From Ramazzottius varieornatus (lineage: Eukaryota; Animalia; Tardigrada), in contig BDGG01000009.1 of assembly GCA_001949185.1 (NCBI GenBank), forward strand, positions 609,624 through 673,623: a stretch of DNA of 64,000 bases. Direction: 5' to 3'. The translations under genes were made by a program, and so were the position numbers. The notes under the pieces are model-generated. The model was not told where the DNA came from, made no database searches, and worked only from the letters and a program-made list of their open reading frames with translations. Positions 39,919-52,316 of this stretch are shown piece by piece. Numbering within the stretch: position 1 is the first letter of the stretch; each line of letters begins with the position of its first letter.

Positions 39919-40174
39919 ATGCGCGGACTGCTTTTCTGTTTTCTGGTTCTCGCCATCCTGGCCGTCGTCCTTGGTGAGTTCTCAAGGCCCATTTCTCCCC
40001 TTGTTGCTAGAGAATTAATTTTCATCTGTAATAAGCCAAGTCTTTCTTGCAGAGCAAGTTAACGCTCAGTTCCAAACTGCCGGTGGCGGATCTGGTGATG
40101 GAGGATTGATCATCATGTTGAAGAGCGACAAAGCCAGCGCATCAGCCAACCTTCTAAAATTCCTCAGAAAATAG
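39919..40174 (+). CDS. Small secreted peptide precursor, paralog B (exons 39919-39973, 40053-40174)
   Basis: MRGLLFCFLVLAILAVVL|EQVNAQFQTAGGGSGDGGLIIMLKSDKASASANLLKFLRK*; same intron position and similar UTR blocks as paralog A. Confidence 0.8.
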
Positions 40175-40546
40175 GTTTCCGCTATACAGAAGAGATCTTT
40201 GTGCAGCGGAGTTCTTCTGCGCGATACCACACTTCCCACTCCCTTCCTTTCTACCCTGATTTTGATGCGCACCTTGATTATGGCTATTCAGAGTATTTCT
40301 GCCTTGGGTGTCCCTAGGTTTTCACGTTTCTTTTTGTTACTCCTTCTGCCATCGTTCATCGGAACTACACGAGCAACCTACTCGTCCAGATCCGCTGGAG
40401 AACCAGGCAAAATAAAATTTACTGTGTACCTCTCCCGCTGGGAGGGGGAGCCAGATTAGGGGCGGCCTTAAAGATTTTGCTCTGGTCAGGGTGTAACAAT
40501 GAGTAAAGAAGCTGAAGTACCAAATGTCAGGGATAGTTTTCAGGGT

Positions 40547-41687
40547 TCAGACGCATACAAGCTGGTCGCCTTGCACGCCTTGAGAGGCGCCGTTAGTCTG
40601 CTTTTGGTCAGCCTGTTGACCCTGAGAGCTTGTCGCTCCGCTCAGTCGAAGGCCTTTTCCTTGAGCTTGTCCGACCGAGTTGGAAGCCACGACCGTTCCG
40701 TTCTCGTTCGTGCTGATATTGGAGTTTTGCGCACTTGATAGAGCCCCTTCTGCTGCCGAGCCGGATCCCACAGAGGCTCCTTCACCTTGCGACTGACTTT
40801 GTCCTTGGAGGGCTTGGCTCACGTCCTGTTGGGCTACCTTGTCGCGGCGCACCATCACACAGTTCGGTCGGTTGACGTTCTCGACGCTAGAGCCATTGAG
40901 TCCTTGAGAACCTTGGTTCTGCATCTGAACTGCAGCTTGGTTCTGGCCTTTGGCTTGTACGGCCCCGGACAACCCAAGTCCCGTTCCAACACCTAAAATG
41001 AAGTCTTTCAGTAAGCACCATGCAGTGAGGCTCGAGCTGGATGTCGGCAGACAAGCTTGACATCATTGAATTCTCAAGTGGCGCACATCTTCATTGTAAT
41101 GGCTTGTAGCGTGCGCCAATTGAAAACATAATCTTGGTCGAGTTTGTCTGGCGATTTTCAAATTGTTCACCGAAGTGAGAGCTCTGGTTACCTTGCCCGA
41201 TGCTTTGAGATCCCACATTGGCTCCTCGGTCTGAAGTGTCGCCTTGGATGTTTTGCACGGAAGTAATATTGCCCAAAGCGGCATTGCCCTGCCCAACCGC
41301 CGCACCACTGATGGCTGACTGGCTTTGCCTTTGCCTCTGTGATGCAAAGTTTTGGGTACCGAAGTTGCCACCCAAGAGGTTGAGGTTGTTGAGACTGGCC
41401 ATTGTACCGAACTGGTTCTGTTTCTGGCTTTGTCCTTGGGCGGACAACTGGGCGGCTCCACTGAGGCCACAGTTACCTCCGATGCAAGCTCCTTGGCTTC
41501 CGGCTTGCGAGTTCGTGCCGTTCACACCGGTCAGCGTGTTGGAGGTCTGAAGGGACTGAAGGCTGCCGAAGTCAGCCGAAGCGTCACCGGTCGCGGCGGA
41601 GTTTCCTTGACTTTGCCCTTGTCTCTGCCTGTTCTGCATTTGCTGCATTGTGTTGAAGTTCATGTTTCCGAACTGTATTGGAGCCAC
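40547..41687 (-). CDS. Gln/Gly/Asn/Ser-rich protein, 3' exons (~41190-41687 and 40547-40993); 5' exons probably extend to ~42385
   Basis: Two open exons with a repeated module (GCLSGAxQxxAQGQSQ, QRQxQSQ). A possible signal peptide MNLRRTTSLILCLLLLG lies upstream near 42385. Confidence 0.6.
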
Positions 41688-44126
41688 TGAAAAACATTAA
41701 ATGTGGTATTTCAGAATATATTGTAGAAAATTGATAAAGTTAGCAAAATTATCACTTTTATCCAATACATAGTATAAACCATTCAAAAGATTGGGACCTC
41801 GGCTAAGAGAACTCAAAGATTGTTTTCCCAAGTGGCGCACGCCTGCAGCGAATATGACTGAAACCCTGCGCCACCTGAGAGAACGATATGATCGAGCTTG
41901 TTTGCCGAGTTTTCCCCAGATTTAGACGGGATAAGGACTCAGAAGTTTACTTACTGGTTTGGAACGTGAAGGAGGGAGCAGAAATCGCTGAGGATATCGA
42001 TACCGCAAGGAAGAGACATGCCAGGAAAGAGCCGGCCATTTTTGATCAAAATACCTAACTTGCTTGAGATGATCGTTCCAAGCGGATAGCTTTTTGCGCA
42101 ATGAAGTTGGGAAAATCCGGTGTCCGTAATGATCAAAGCGATCTCTATCTACAACGCAGACAGATAACCTCGGATAAGAATATTAACGTATCCTGTAAAT
42201 TGCTTTGGTGTTGTGGTGTGTTGTCGAGGTGGTTCATTCTGGTTTTTCGTAGAACATGCTGTTGCCTTCAGGTATGACAGTTTTATTTCCGGATTGGAAG
42301 CGGCTCGATACTTCGTAAACTGTTGCGCATTCCACCAAGTAATAATAAACACAATATTAGTGACGTCGTTCGCCGCAGATTCATCGATCTATGTAAGTAG
42401 ATCTCTGACTGTGACTTGTGACGCATGATTATTTGCGGCTTTATGGAGACTTGGTTGGAATAATTCGATCCATCTTTCACAAGGTGGGCCGTCATCAAAT
42501 GGCCACATCTTCCGCCATGGACACTGTCCGTCCTGCCAACTGTTCCGCTGTAATGCCATTCCCGTGGAATCAACGGAATACAACGGCTCTCTTCTGCAGC
42601 GCCACCTACAGGTGCCCTGATGCTGTACGAGGAGCGCGACCCAACTTAGTCCGTTTGCCCGAACTGGCGACAACTTTGTCCACTGACGATTTCTCACTAA
42701 CCTTCCGCTATCAAAATCCCAAAATTATCCGCAACAATGCTCAGACAGTTAGCTTCATTTCTGTCCACTCAAAAGTGAGAATAAGTGGAAGATCAGGACG
42801 GGAGAAATTCCAGAATGTATGTCGTTCGAGAATTCGTTCGGTATGAGGGAACACGGTCTCTGCAGAGGGCACAACAAGCTGGGCCATGTAAACACATATG
42901 CGCCCGACCGAGCAGGAACACGCATTTCCAGACGTGTGCCCAAGGCTGGTGATGACGTAACATTACCGTTCTCCTCCGAAATCGGAACGGCTAAAACTTT
43001 GTCCACTTCCGCGCGAAACGCTTCGCTTTACGAAATTCGTTCAACTGTGAACTACCAATGAAGGCTGCCCTTTTTCTGCTCAATGTTGTTTGATCTTTCT
43101 TGCCTCTTACTGATTTTTGCGGAATTCTTTGCGGAACTACTGCTCGATTCTGAGAGCCAATAGAAGGAAAGGTATGGCGCAGAGGAAAGTTAGGCTTGTT
43201 TAACCACCCGGCGTCTCGTCTTCCGGTTGCACATGACGTCATCGGAAGTGTAACTGGCAACCCGAAAGCGGTTGTGTGGGTGAATGCGCCTGTGGAAGGT
43301 AGTTATGTCTTCCATCGGTGGCTCTGAAAATCATGGATGAACTTTCGGCTACGTTTTGAGAGTGAGATTAGCAAAATTTGTTCACGCTTCAGGAAGATAT
43401 AGCGATGTGAAGCGCGGTGCGCCGTTTGGGAGGATAATTTATCGCAACATCGCTTAATAAGTCATATGTGACTTCCAAAAAAGAAACAAGGTGCTCATCC
43501 GGTAGGTGCACATTGGCTTCTACCTTGTTTTCTACGGAAAATCAGAAGGGCTAAAACTTTTTCCACTTTTCATCGGTCGCCTTATGGCGGTAAACGTGAT
43601 CAGCTGATTTCAACTCAGCCAGGAAGCCAACATTGCCACCAGCAGGACTTGACTGGACAAAGTAGGGCCTCGTACACTTCGAGCTTGTGGTCGGCAGGAG
43701 AACGGAAGTAGAAAGGTGCGAAGACTTCCTTCGAGGCTTTCCTAACTTGTTTCAGACGTTCTGGCTGGTGATGTCAAAGCCGTATCTGATGGGCGCGGTA
43801 ACGGGTGGAGCTCGTATATACTGTAATGTGAAAATACGACTGACAGTGGTTAAATAAACGAATTACGCCCAGCACGGCCGGAACGTACCGAAAGTCTAGT
43901 CTCGTTTAATGGCAGCATTTGTGAATTATATTTCAAACACCGGAGGAGAGCGCAGCAGCTTAAAGTTTTGATATCGGACTGCCAATCTTGGACTTGGCTC
44001 CTTTATCTGCCAGAAGCGTAACCTGCGAGATGGTTATCCCTACTCGCTAGCCTAGCAAACAAGGCCGACGATACGGGTTCTGACATCAGCTACACTTTAC
44101 TAGCTATCGTGAAACAATAATCCGAG

Positions 44127-46561
44127 ATGTCTCTGAAAATTCCAGATATCATTGCAAAGAAGAGGGATGGCGGTTGCCTGAGCGAGGATGACATCAAGTA
44201 CTTCGTCACAGGACTCACCAATGGATGCGTGCAAGATGTTCAAGTCGGCAAGCACTTAAGCACCTGCACATTTTCACTACAGGCTGATGTTGTCGACCAT
44301 GTCTCATGATGGCCTTCTTTCCAGGAGCCTGGCTAATGGCGGTGTATCTAAAGGGGATGACGGACGAGGAAACGTCGTACCTGACCCGCGCCATGCTGCA
44401 CTCTGGCAGGATATTCCGCTGGCCAGAATCCCTACAGCCCCTCATCGGTAGCAATTAAATCATGATCAATTCGACTTCAGTAAAAAACAACAAGACGAGA
44501 TTACTTTGAATTTTTTCGTAGTGGACAAACACAGTACTGGCGGTGTGGGAGACAAAATAAGCCTCATACTGGCTCCTGCTTTAGCCGCATGCGGACTTAA
44601 AGTAATTATACGCTTCACGACCGAGACATTAAACTGTGCATATTATCGTAACAAAGGTTTCGAAGGCTTGTTTATATCAATAGATTCCGATGATATCAGG
44701 TCGAGCACTCGGATTCACCGGCGGAACTATCGACAAACTGGAGGCCATTCCGGGTTTCCGCGCTCTGATGTCCATGGAAGACGTACGTGATAACTAAGCC
44801 TGGGAGCTTAGCTGACAAACTCGACCAGATTGTTTTCTCAAGTGGCGCACATTCTCTGTGTTATTGACTGGTAACATGCGCCGCTTGAAACAACCACTTG
44901 GTCGAGTTTGTGTGACGAGCTCCCAGATTATTATAGTATTATTACTGTTCATCATCAAGTTGACATCTAATTCGGCGCAGGCTGTCAAAATTATTGACAC
45001 GGTTGGATGCTTCATTATGGCGCAAACTGACGACCTCGTTCCCGCCGACAAGATCCTGTACGCTTCGCGAGACATATCGTCGACAGTTAGCTGTATGCCT
45101 CTCATCGCAGGTAGGCTCCTACGTGCAGTCTCTTCTGTCACACTGAAAAAACCATGCAGTACCGTTTGCGCAGCCTCAATCATGTCAAAGAAGGTGGCCG
45201 AAAGTCCTACCGCCCTACTGTTGGACCTGAAGTGCGGGAACGCCGCGTTCATTCGCGACTATGAGACCGCAAAGTCATTCGCTCGCTTGATGGTCAGTAC
45301 ACTTTTCTTGTTGCACCTCCCCGTGCGCTGAGGCGAAACTAGACACGTGACTTAACGAGGTACGTTGTTCTCCAGATAAACGTGGGACATGAACTGGGAG
45401 TCAAGACAGCGGTCGCCATCACCAAGATGGATTCACCATTGGGGCGCAAAATCGGTAACGCTTTAGAGGTGGAAGAATCGGTGGACACGCTGAATGGCAA
45501 AGGGCCGAAAGAGATCGAGGCTTTAGTCTGCGTTCAAGGTACGTACTGTACAGACCATTTTAACCTTTTCTCAGGCTACCACGCCCAGTCATCTATCTGT
45601 CTCAGTTTTACACACTTCGCTCCTCTTCTTGCATGGTTAAGGTGAACAAACGTGCCACACTTCGTCGTGGTTGATACATATTCTTCTTGATGCTATAGGT
45701 GGAATATTGCTTCATCTATCGGGTGTTGTGCTGACCCTGGAAGAGGGAGAGCGTTTGATCAGGAGCTCACTTCACGATGGCCAAGCCATGGGGAAGTTTC
45801 AAGACATGCTACGCGCACAAGGAGTCGCCTCACAGACGATTGTCGAACTGTGCGACCCTGTTGGAAATTACTCTTGTCTAGCCAAAACGCCGCACTTTAC
45901 GGACCTTTTGTACCATGGCCCCCCAGGTTCGTCTCACCCAACAATTTTATTTGGTTAATTAGTAAATTGCTAATTAACCAAATAAAATTTGACGCGTCGT
46001 AAAGAATTTCAGTTGCATCGTTTTCCCAAGTGGCGCACACATCCAGCCAATAAGGAAGGAAACGTTCGTCCCTTGAGATTACTTATCTGGGTGAACCCAT
46101 TTGCCGGCATGCTCATATCCGTATATCACAAATGAAAGTCACATTAGTTTTGGGTTTTTCCCCTTTTGTAGGGATAGTTGGCTCTATCAACGCACGAGAA
46201 CTAGCCCTGGTCTCGGGTGAGCTTGGTGCCGCACGGACCAAGATCGGTGAACCCATCAGCTTTGGTGTTGGGCTGGAACTGCTGACACCGCCTTTCGAAA
46301 GTATTACCAACGGTGAGTCGCACTAATATTGACTGATGTTCCTGGAAATTAATTGCTACCTGTCCTTTTGAGTCCGATTGTCATATTTTTGATTGTGCGT
46401 TGATTACAGGTCAGGCATGGATACGCGTCCATCATGACACCGTTACGCTCAATGAGTACCACATAGAAAGGCTTCAGGCGGCCTTGCTTGTCCGCGAAAG
46501 TCCAATCGACCCCGTGAGCAATGGCCACATTGATTCACGTGTCATCGAGATCCTTTACTGA
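44127..46561 (+). CDS. TYMP: Thymidine phosphorylase (10 exons; first intron GC-AG)
   Basis: [107 protein letters not shown]. Confidence 0.96.
44801..44925. repeat. Full-length palindromic element, GGGAGCT arm type, TYMP intron
   Basis: TGGGAGCT...ACAAACTCGACCAGATTGTTTTCTCAAGTGGCGCAC-N25-ATGCGCCGCTTGAAA...TGGTCGAGTTTGT...AGCTCCCA. Confidence 0.9.
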
Positions 46562-47296
46562 AAACCAACTTCCTCCACCAAAAGTAAACAATTGGGACCA
46601 GGCAAACTAACTCGATAACATCGTTCTTCTTAGCGACGCACGCTTCCAACCGCTGACAATGGAAAAGTGCACCACTTGGTCAAGCCAGCTCGACAAGATC
46701 GTTTCGTCAAGCGGCGCACTTTTCCAGTTAATAACACCGTAAAGCTGCGCCGCTGGGAAAAACAGGGTTGCCCAATCCATTTGCCGAGCTTTCAGAAACG
46801 TACATGGCTCGTAAGATCTGTTAAAAATTCGAAGATTTTGACAGACTGTTTTTGTAGCTCAAAGAACCGCTTCTGCATCTTTCAAGGGCAACATTCAAAC
46901 GCCGTCTGGTTGATGCGTTTCGTTCACTACTAGTATCTGTCCGCACCGACTCCGGTATACTTTTGAATGATCGACGCTGCACCGCAGGTAGAAAGCAATA
47001 TGACAACAGCACTAAATTAATTGCTTTAGATCAGACACTATTATGCACGAGACCCATTGTTATGCGGAGATCATTTGATCTTGTGGTCGAAATTACTTCG
47101 AATGTGCGGGCGAGAGCTTGGGTAACAGCTCTGTTGTTACAGCACTCTTCGACATAACTCCCATCAGACATGAACGATTCACTGCTGAAAGGCACAAGTT
47201 TTAAGAAGTCGCCATTTCAGTTTCAGTTCAAAACACAAAAGTCAATAGGTGTAGTTTGTTTTTGCGGATTAATATTTCAACCACGCGCCCATCACA

Positions 47297-50200
47297 ATGG
47301 CGCGTCAAAGCCCTGAAAGTTGCCAGCTGTCTCTCATCCTTTTTTTATTTTCCATCACCATCGGGATAGTATCGAGCGTCGCATCATCGAAAGGTACGTA
47401 ACCAGTCGCTCATTCGCTTACAGCTGATCCTCCATTCTTTCTTATTTCCTTATTGGGGACGTCGGCAAACGAATTCATCCAGCTCGTTTCCCCAAGTGGC
47501 GCACGATCTCGTCTAAAAACAATGAAAATCTGCGCTACTTTAGATGAAGATCTGGGAGACTTCATTCGCTGACGTCCCAAAACTTTTGATGGATCGAGTA
47601 TTTGCACCACAGAGAAGATGGAAGCATCGGCGAAACCTGCAGTTACCGACCACGAACAGAGAGTCGTCCGTCCTACTCGAGAAGAAATGAAGAAGGTCAA
47701 GTTTCACTCAACTTCCGGCAAGGTCTCGAGTAGCGACGAGGAGCTCGTCGAGGTCTTCGAAGACGATGACGATAGCCAGAAATCCGAGTCGTTTCCGTCA
47801 TCATCAAGGCAGCACCAAATGAGCGCCAACAGCTCGACAGGTAATAATAGGGACCTTCAGTCTGCAGACAGTGCAGACCGCGTGACTCCACCAAACACTC
47901 GCCGTCCCACGAACACCACCACCGCAGATGAGATCAAGAAAGTGGTGGTGCCCGACAAGACTGACTACCTTCCTCCCAGTAATACCACCTCCACCAAGAA
48001 AGCGCCAACGACGACCACACTGGAGATAAAGGATGTAGTCGTACCTGAGGACAACGCCTACCTTCCGCCGACTTCCCCACCTATCCAACGCACTACCACG
48101 ACCAAGAAGAAACCATCAACGACGACGACAGTTGAAATTAAAGACGCTGACGTCCCGGATAACACGCATTACCTTCCTCCCACCACCGTACAGAAGACAA
48201 CGACCACCACAACGACCAGACGCCCGACGACGAGAAGGACAACCACTAAGAATTCTACGGCAAGACCGACGGCCAGAAGTACTACCGTCGAACCAAAGGA
48301 TTTCAATGAGCCAGACAGAACTGACTATCTCCCATCTACCACGAGAAAGCCCACCAAAAAAGCGACCACCACTACAACTACTACCACCACCCGGAAACCG
48401 ACGACGACGACCACCAAGGCAACTACAAGCACCACGCATGAACTGAAGACTGTCGACGAACCGGATAAAACAGACTACCGTCCTCCGACCACCAAGAGGA
48501 CCACTACGACAACTACCACCGAAAAGCCAACCACAACCATCACTACGAAGAAGCCCACTACGACGACGACAACAACAACCACTACAACCACTGCCAGAAG
48601 AGTGAGATCGTCGACGAGACCAACGACGACCACGACCAAGGAGTTAAAGGAAACTGAGGCTCCAGAAAACCCAGACTATCTCCCACCGACCACTCCAAGA
48701 CCGACTACTATCAGAACGACTACCACAACTACCACTAGAAAGCCCACCACAAAGCCGACTACCACTGCGACGACTACGAAGAAGCCAACGACCACCTCGG
48801 AAGAAGTGTCAACAGAAGTGCTGGACAACACGGATTACTTGTCACCAACCAAAGTCCCAACTACAAGACGAACTACCACCACCACCACCACTACAGCAAC
48901 CGAGAAACCAACCACCGCGACTACTGCAAGACCTACGACAACGACGACGACCACCAAGAAACCAGCCACGACTACGAGGAGGCCCAAGCCAAGAACGACA
49001 ATGAAACCGACCACGACTACCACCGAAGAAGTCGAAACGACGGAAGCATTGGATAATACTGAGTACCTTCCACCGACAAAGGTCTCAACCACCAGAAAAA
49101 CCCCCACAATTACCACCACCAGGAAACCGACAACCACCACGACAACGACAAGAAAGCCAACGACAACTACCACCACTACTACCACCACTCGAAAGCCCAC
49201 AACCACCACCACTACAGAAAGGGAAACGACAGAGGCACTGGACGATACCGATTATTTGCCACCAACGGCGGCTCCAACTACCCATCGAACTACGACCGCA
49301 AACACCGAGAAACCGACTACCACTACCACCACGACCCAACGGCCCACAACTACAACGACAACCACAAGAAAGCCCCGAACGACCACACCAACCACGACAA
49401 GCACCGAAGAACCGACCGCCACAGAGATCGAATACACCGACTACCTTCCGCCAACAGTGGCTCCCACCCGACCTCGACGTCCGCCAACCACGACCACCGA
49501 GAAACCAACGACGACCACAACAGCGACAAAACCAACCACCACCACAACTACCACCAAGAAGCCACGAAGCAAAAAGCTTACCACGACGACGACAGAAGAG
49601 GCAACAACGGAAAAAGTTGAGGACACTGACTATCTACCACCGACAGCTGCACCAACTTCACGAGGAACGACTACTAGCACAACGACCACTGAAACTGCGG
49701 AGGAGATCGAGTACCTTCCTCCCACCACACCTCGTCGTACCACAAAACGCACCAGCACCACTACACCAACAACGACCACAGCCGAGGTTGAAGAAAGCGA
49801 AGAGCCAGAAGGCGAGGCGTACTTGCCACCTGCCACAAAGAGAACCACTGGGAGACCAAGCCCGACCACCACTTTCACCAAAGAGCCTGAGGTTCCAGAA
49901 GACACCGACTACCTCCCTCCCACAACCCGAAAGCCAAAGAGGGTACCAACAACCTCTACAGAGCCACAAGACACCCATTACCTTCCATCGACAACCAGAA
50001 AACCGAAGAGAGTCAGCATGACTACTGAACAGGCAGAAGAGACCGAGGAAGCAGATGACGAATATTCGCCTCCAAGCACCAAACGAACCACGAGGGCTAC
50101 CAGAGCTACCACCACCACTACCGCCGAAGAAGCGGAAGCAGCTGAACAACCCGAGGACGTTGATTACCTACCACCAGTCACACCGACCGCTCGACGACGT

Positions 50201-51701
50201 TCTGCTTCTGCGTCGAATCAGCACTCTGAGACGAGTGAAGAGAATTCCAACGAGGATGAGAGCGAGAAGGAGGCTGACTTGCAGGCCGAAGAAGAATTTG
50301 GCGAAGAATCGTCCGAGAGTCAGAGCAGGACGGAGGAAAAGCAGTCGTCGGCAGCGCACAGAAGTTCCGAAAGCAACCAGCAACAAAAGACGAACGAGTC
50401 TGAAGATAGGCACACGACCAGAGAAACCAGTGCTGTGGACAATAACCGCGAGGATAGCGATGGAGACGAGGACATCGTGGTGTCCACTGGAAGGTCGGCC
50501 GTGAAAAGAAGAACCCAGTCGGAGTTTCAGTTGAATGGAGGCGAAGATTCCCGTCAAAGTCAGAGAAGGACAGAGGAGCAACAACAGTCGTCTGATGAGC
50601 ACGAAGAGGGAAGGCACAATCGGCGAGCCAGACCAAACAACGACCTGATGGATATAAACGTGTCGAGGGAAGGCATGGACACTGGAAGGAACCGAACCGT
50701 CATCTCTGAGTAAGCCAAACTTTGCTTTCTCCACTCAGGACGCCGGCAAATAATTTCACCCAGATCGTGGTATCCAAATGGCGCACGTTCTCATGGCTGT
50801 TAGCCAAGAGCGTGCGCCAGTTGTGAAGAGGATTTACAGTAGCTGAGCTTCATTGTCCGGCGTCCCACTTGAGGTCTCGATTGGAGGCCAAAGGACACGA
50901 TTTATTTGCCGCTTTTTACAGGGACGTCAATAGAGACGAAAACAGAAATCGTCATGGCCCTGTTGACAGAGGGTATCGAAACAACAACGCTGATATGACC
51001 ATGTCCTCCTACGCGAATGCCAGCTCGAATCAGATGGGCAGCGGTTACATGCAACAAGGAAGCTATGGTCAGCAGACCAGCGACCAGCGACAGGACATGG
51101 GCTACCATGGCTCGCCCCACCAGCAGCACAGTCCAGCGGGCTACGGTACTGATCAGCAACAAGACGGATACGGAAATCAGCCACATCAACCGCATAGTTA
51201 CAGTAGACCTGACCACCACTACAACGGTCCCTCAGGCTACGATGCTCGTCAACAGAAAGGATACGGAAATCAAAGACGGGATGACAACAGGCAGGCCGAC
51301 TACGGTGGTTATGATAATCAGCACGCACACGGTTACGGTCAGAATAACAACTTCAACAATGGAGGGTCTTTTGGGTAAGTGCCTGAGTGGTACTTGGGGC
51401 ATCGGCACACGAAACGCAAAAGATAACTCAAGTGGCGCACTTTGTCTTGGCCATCGGCTAGAAGCGTGCGTCACTTAAAATAGCTATCTTGTACGTTTGG
51501 GAAACCGGCCTCCCATTCATGTCTACGAATGTTTCTTGCAGTGGCTTCGGATTACCATATGCTCCTTTCCCACCGATACCTCCTATGCCATTTGGTGGCG
51601 TATTTGGCGGTAGTGGAGGAAATTACGGTGGGTATGGACAAGGATGGGGAAGTAGAGGAGGCGGAAATGGGTATAATGAAAACCAGGGCCGCAGATACTA
51701 G
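47297..51701 (+). CDS. Secreted mucin-like Thr-rich protein with ~20 (D/E/H/A)YLPP motifs (exons 47297-47393, 47612-50709, 50922-51374, 51543-51701)
   Basis: Signal peptide MARQSPESCQLSLILFLFSITIGIVSSVASS; a 3.1-kb exon of poly-Thr/RKPTTT blocks punctuated by acidic DTDYLPP; Q/Y/G/N-rich C-terminus; splice phases consistent. Confidence 0.85.
47456..47578. repeat. Full-length palindromic element in mucin-like gene intron 1
   Basis: GGGACGTCGGCAAACGAATTC...CCCAAGTGGCGCAC-N25-CTGCGCTACT...TTCATTCGCTGACGTCCC. Confidence 0.9.
50738..50866. repeat. Full-length palindromic element in mucin-like gene intron 2
   Basis: GGACGCCGGCAAA...AATGGCGCAC-N25-GTGCGCCAGT...CCGGCGTCCC. Confidence 0.88.
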
Positions 51702-52151
51702 AAGCTCGTTCGGCATCGGTTCCATATTTTTTTACGTTTTGTACTTTTCTGTTTCGTTGAACTGTGGTTTGTGATTGATGACCACAGAAGAGCGATGTGA
51801 GAGATTACAAAAGATAATTTTGTGGTGTTAAGTAACAGCAAGTGATTTATGCTCCATTTATTTTACGATTGAGTGTGCGACTTGCTGGGTTGCGAAAAGC
51901 CACAAATCAACTTTTGAAACTGGTAAACTGCACGATCGACAAGTAGCGACCGACCACTTGCCTATGAGCGCTCAAGACTCGTAAGAACAACGAAAAACTA
52001 ACTGGCACGTGGGACGTACCAAGTACAGCAGTACTTTGCTTTGTACAGAGTCAAGTGCTGAATACTTGTACGATTACAAAACGATCGGAACGACAAATAA
52101 TTTTTTGTTGGTTTTTCCCCAGTAGAAAATATAGATGAAATAGGAAGAGTA

Positions 52152-52316
52152 TAGTACACGCGCTTGGCCTAGTTATTGGCCGGGAAAAATATTTTTGGCC
52201 ACCGGCCGAAACCGGCAGCGCTTCGATTGATTGGTCAGTTTAGCTGGCAGTTGCCGCTTTCGGCCGGTGGCCAAAAATTTTATCCCGGCCAATAATTAGG
52301 CCAGACGCGTGTACTG
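52152..52316. mobile_element. ~165-bp hairpin MITE (long imperfect inverted repeat)
   Basis: TAGTACACGCGCTTGGCCTAGTTATTGGCCGGGA...TTTTGGCCACCGGCCGAAA versus TTTCGGCCGGTGGCCAAAA...TCCCGGCCAATAATTAGGCCAGACGCGTGTACTG; (C/T)AGT...ACTG termini. Confidence 0.8.

Noticed and set aside
42400-43570. Short ORFs and a GGCTAAAACTTT.TCCACTT direct repeat (42989, 43549) as a gene or TE
   Set aside because: No recognisable protein motif, TIR pair or TSD could be established by eye.
44784-44980. Palindromic element as an introner that creates introns
   Set aside because: Element ends do not coincide with splice sites (here the element spans 44801-44925 inside a longer intron), and paralog B has the same intron as paralog A without the element.
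48116-50734. Antisense poly-Val and other overlapping ORFs
   Set aside because: They are shadows of the ACN-rich mucin exon. The same applies to overlapping ORFs over the Gly- and Gln-rich genes (23071-24416, 27730-28553, 32957-33882, 62320-63334) and calreticulin (9386-10039).
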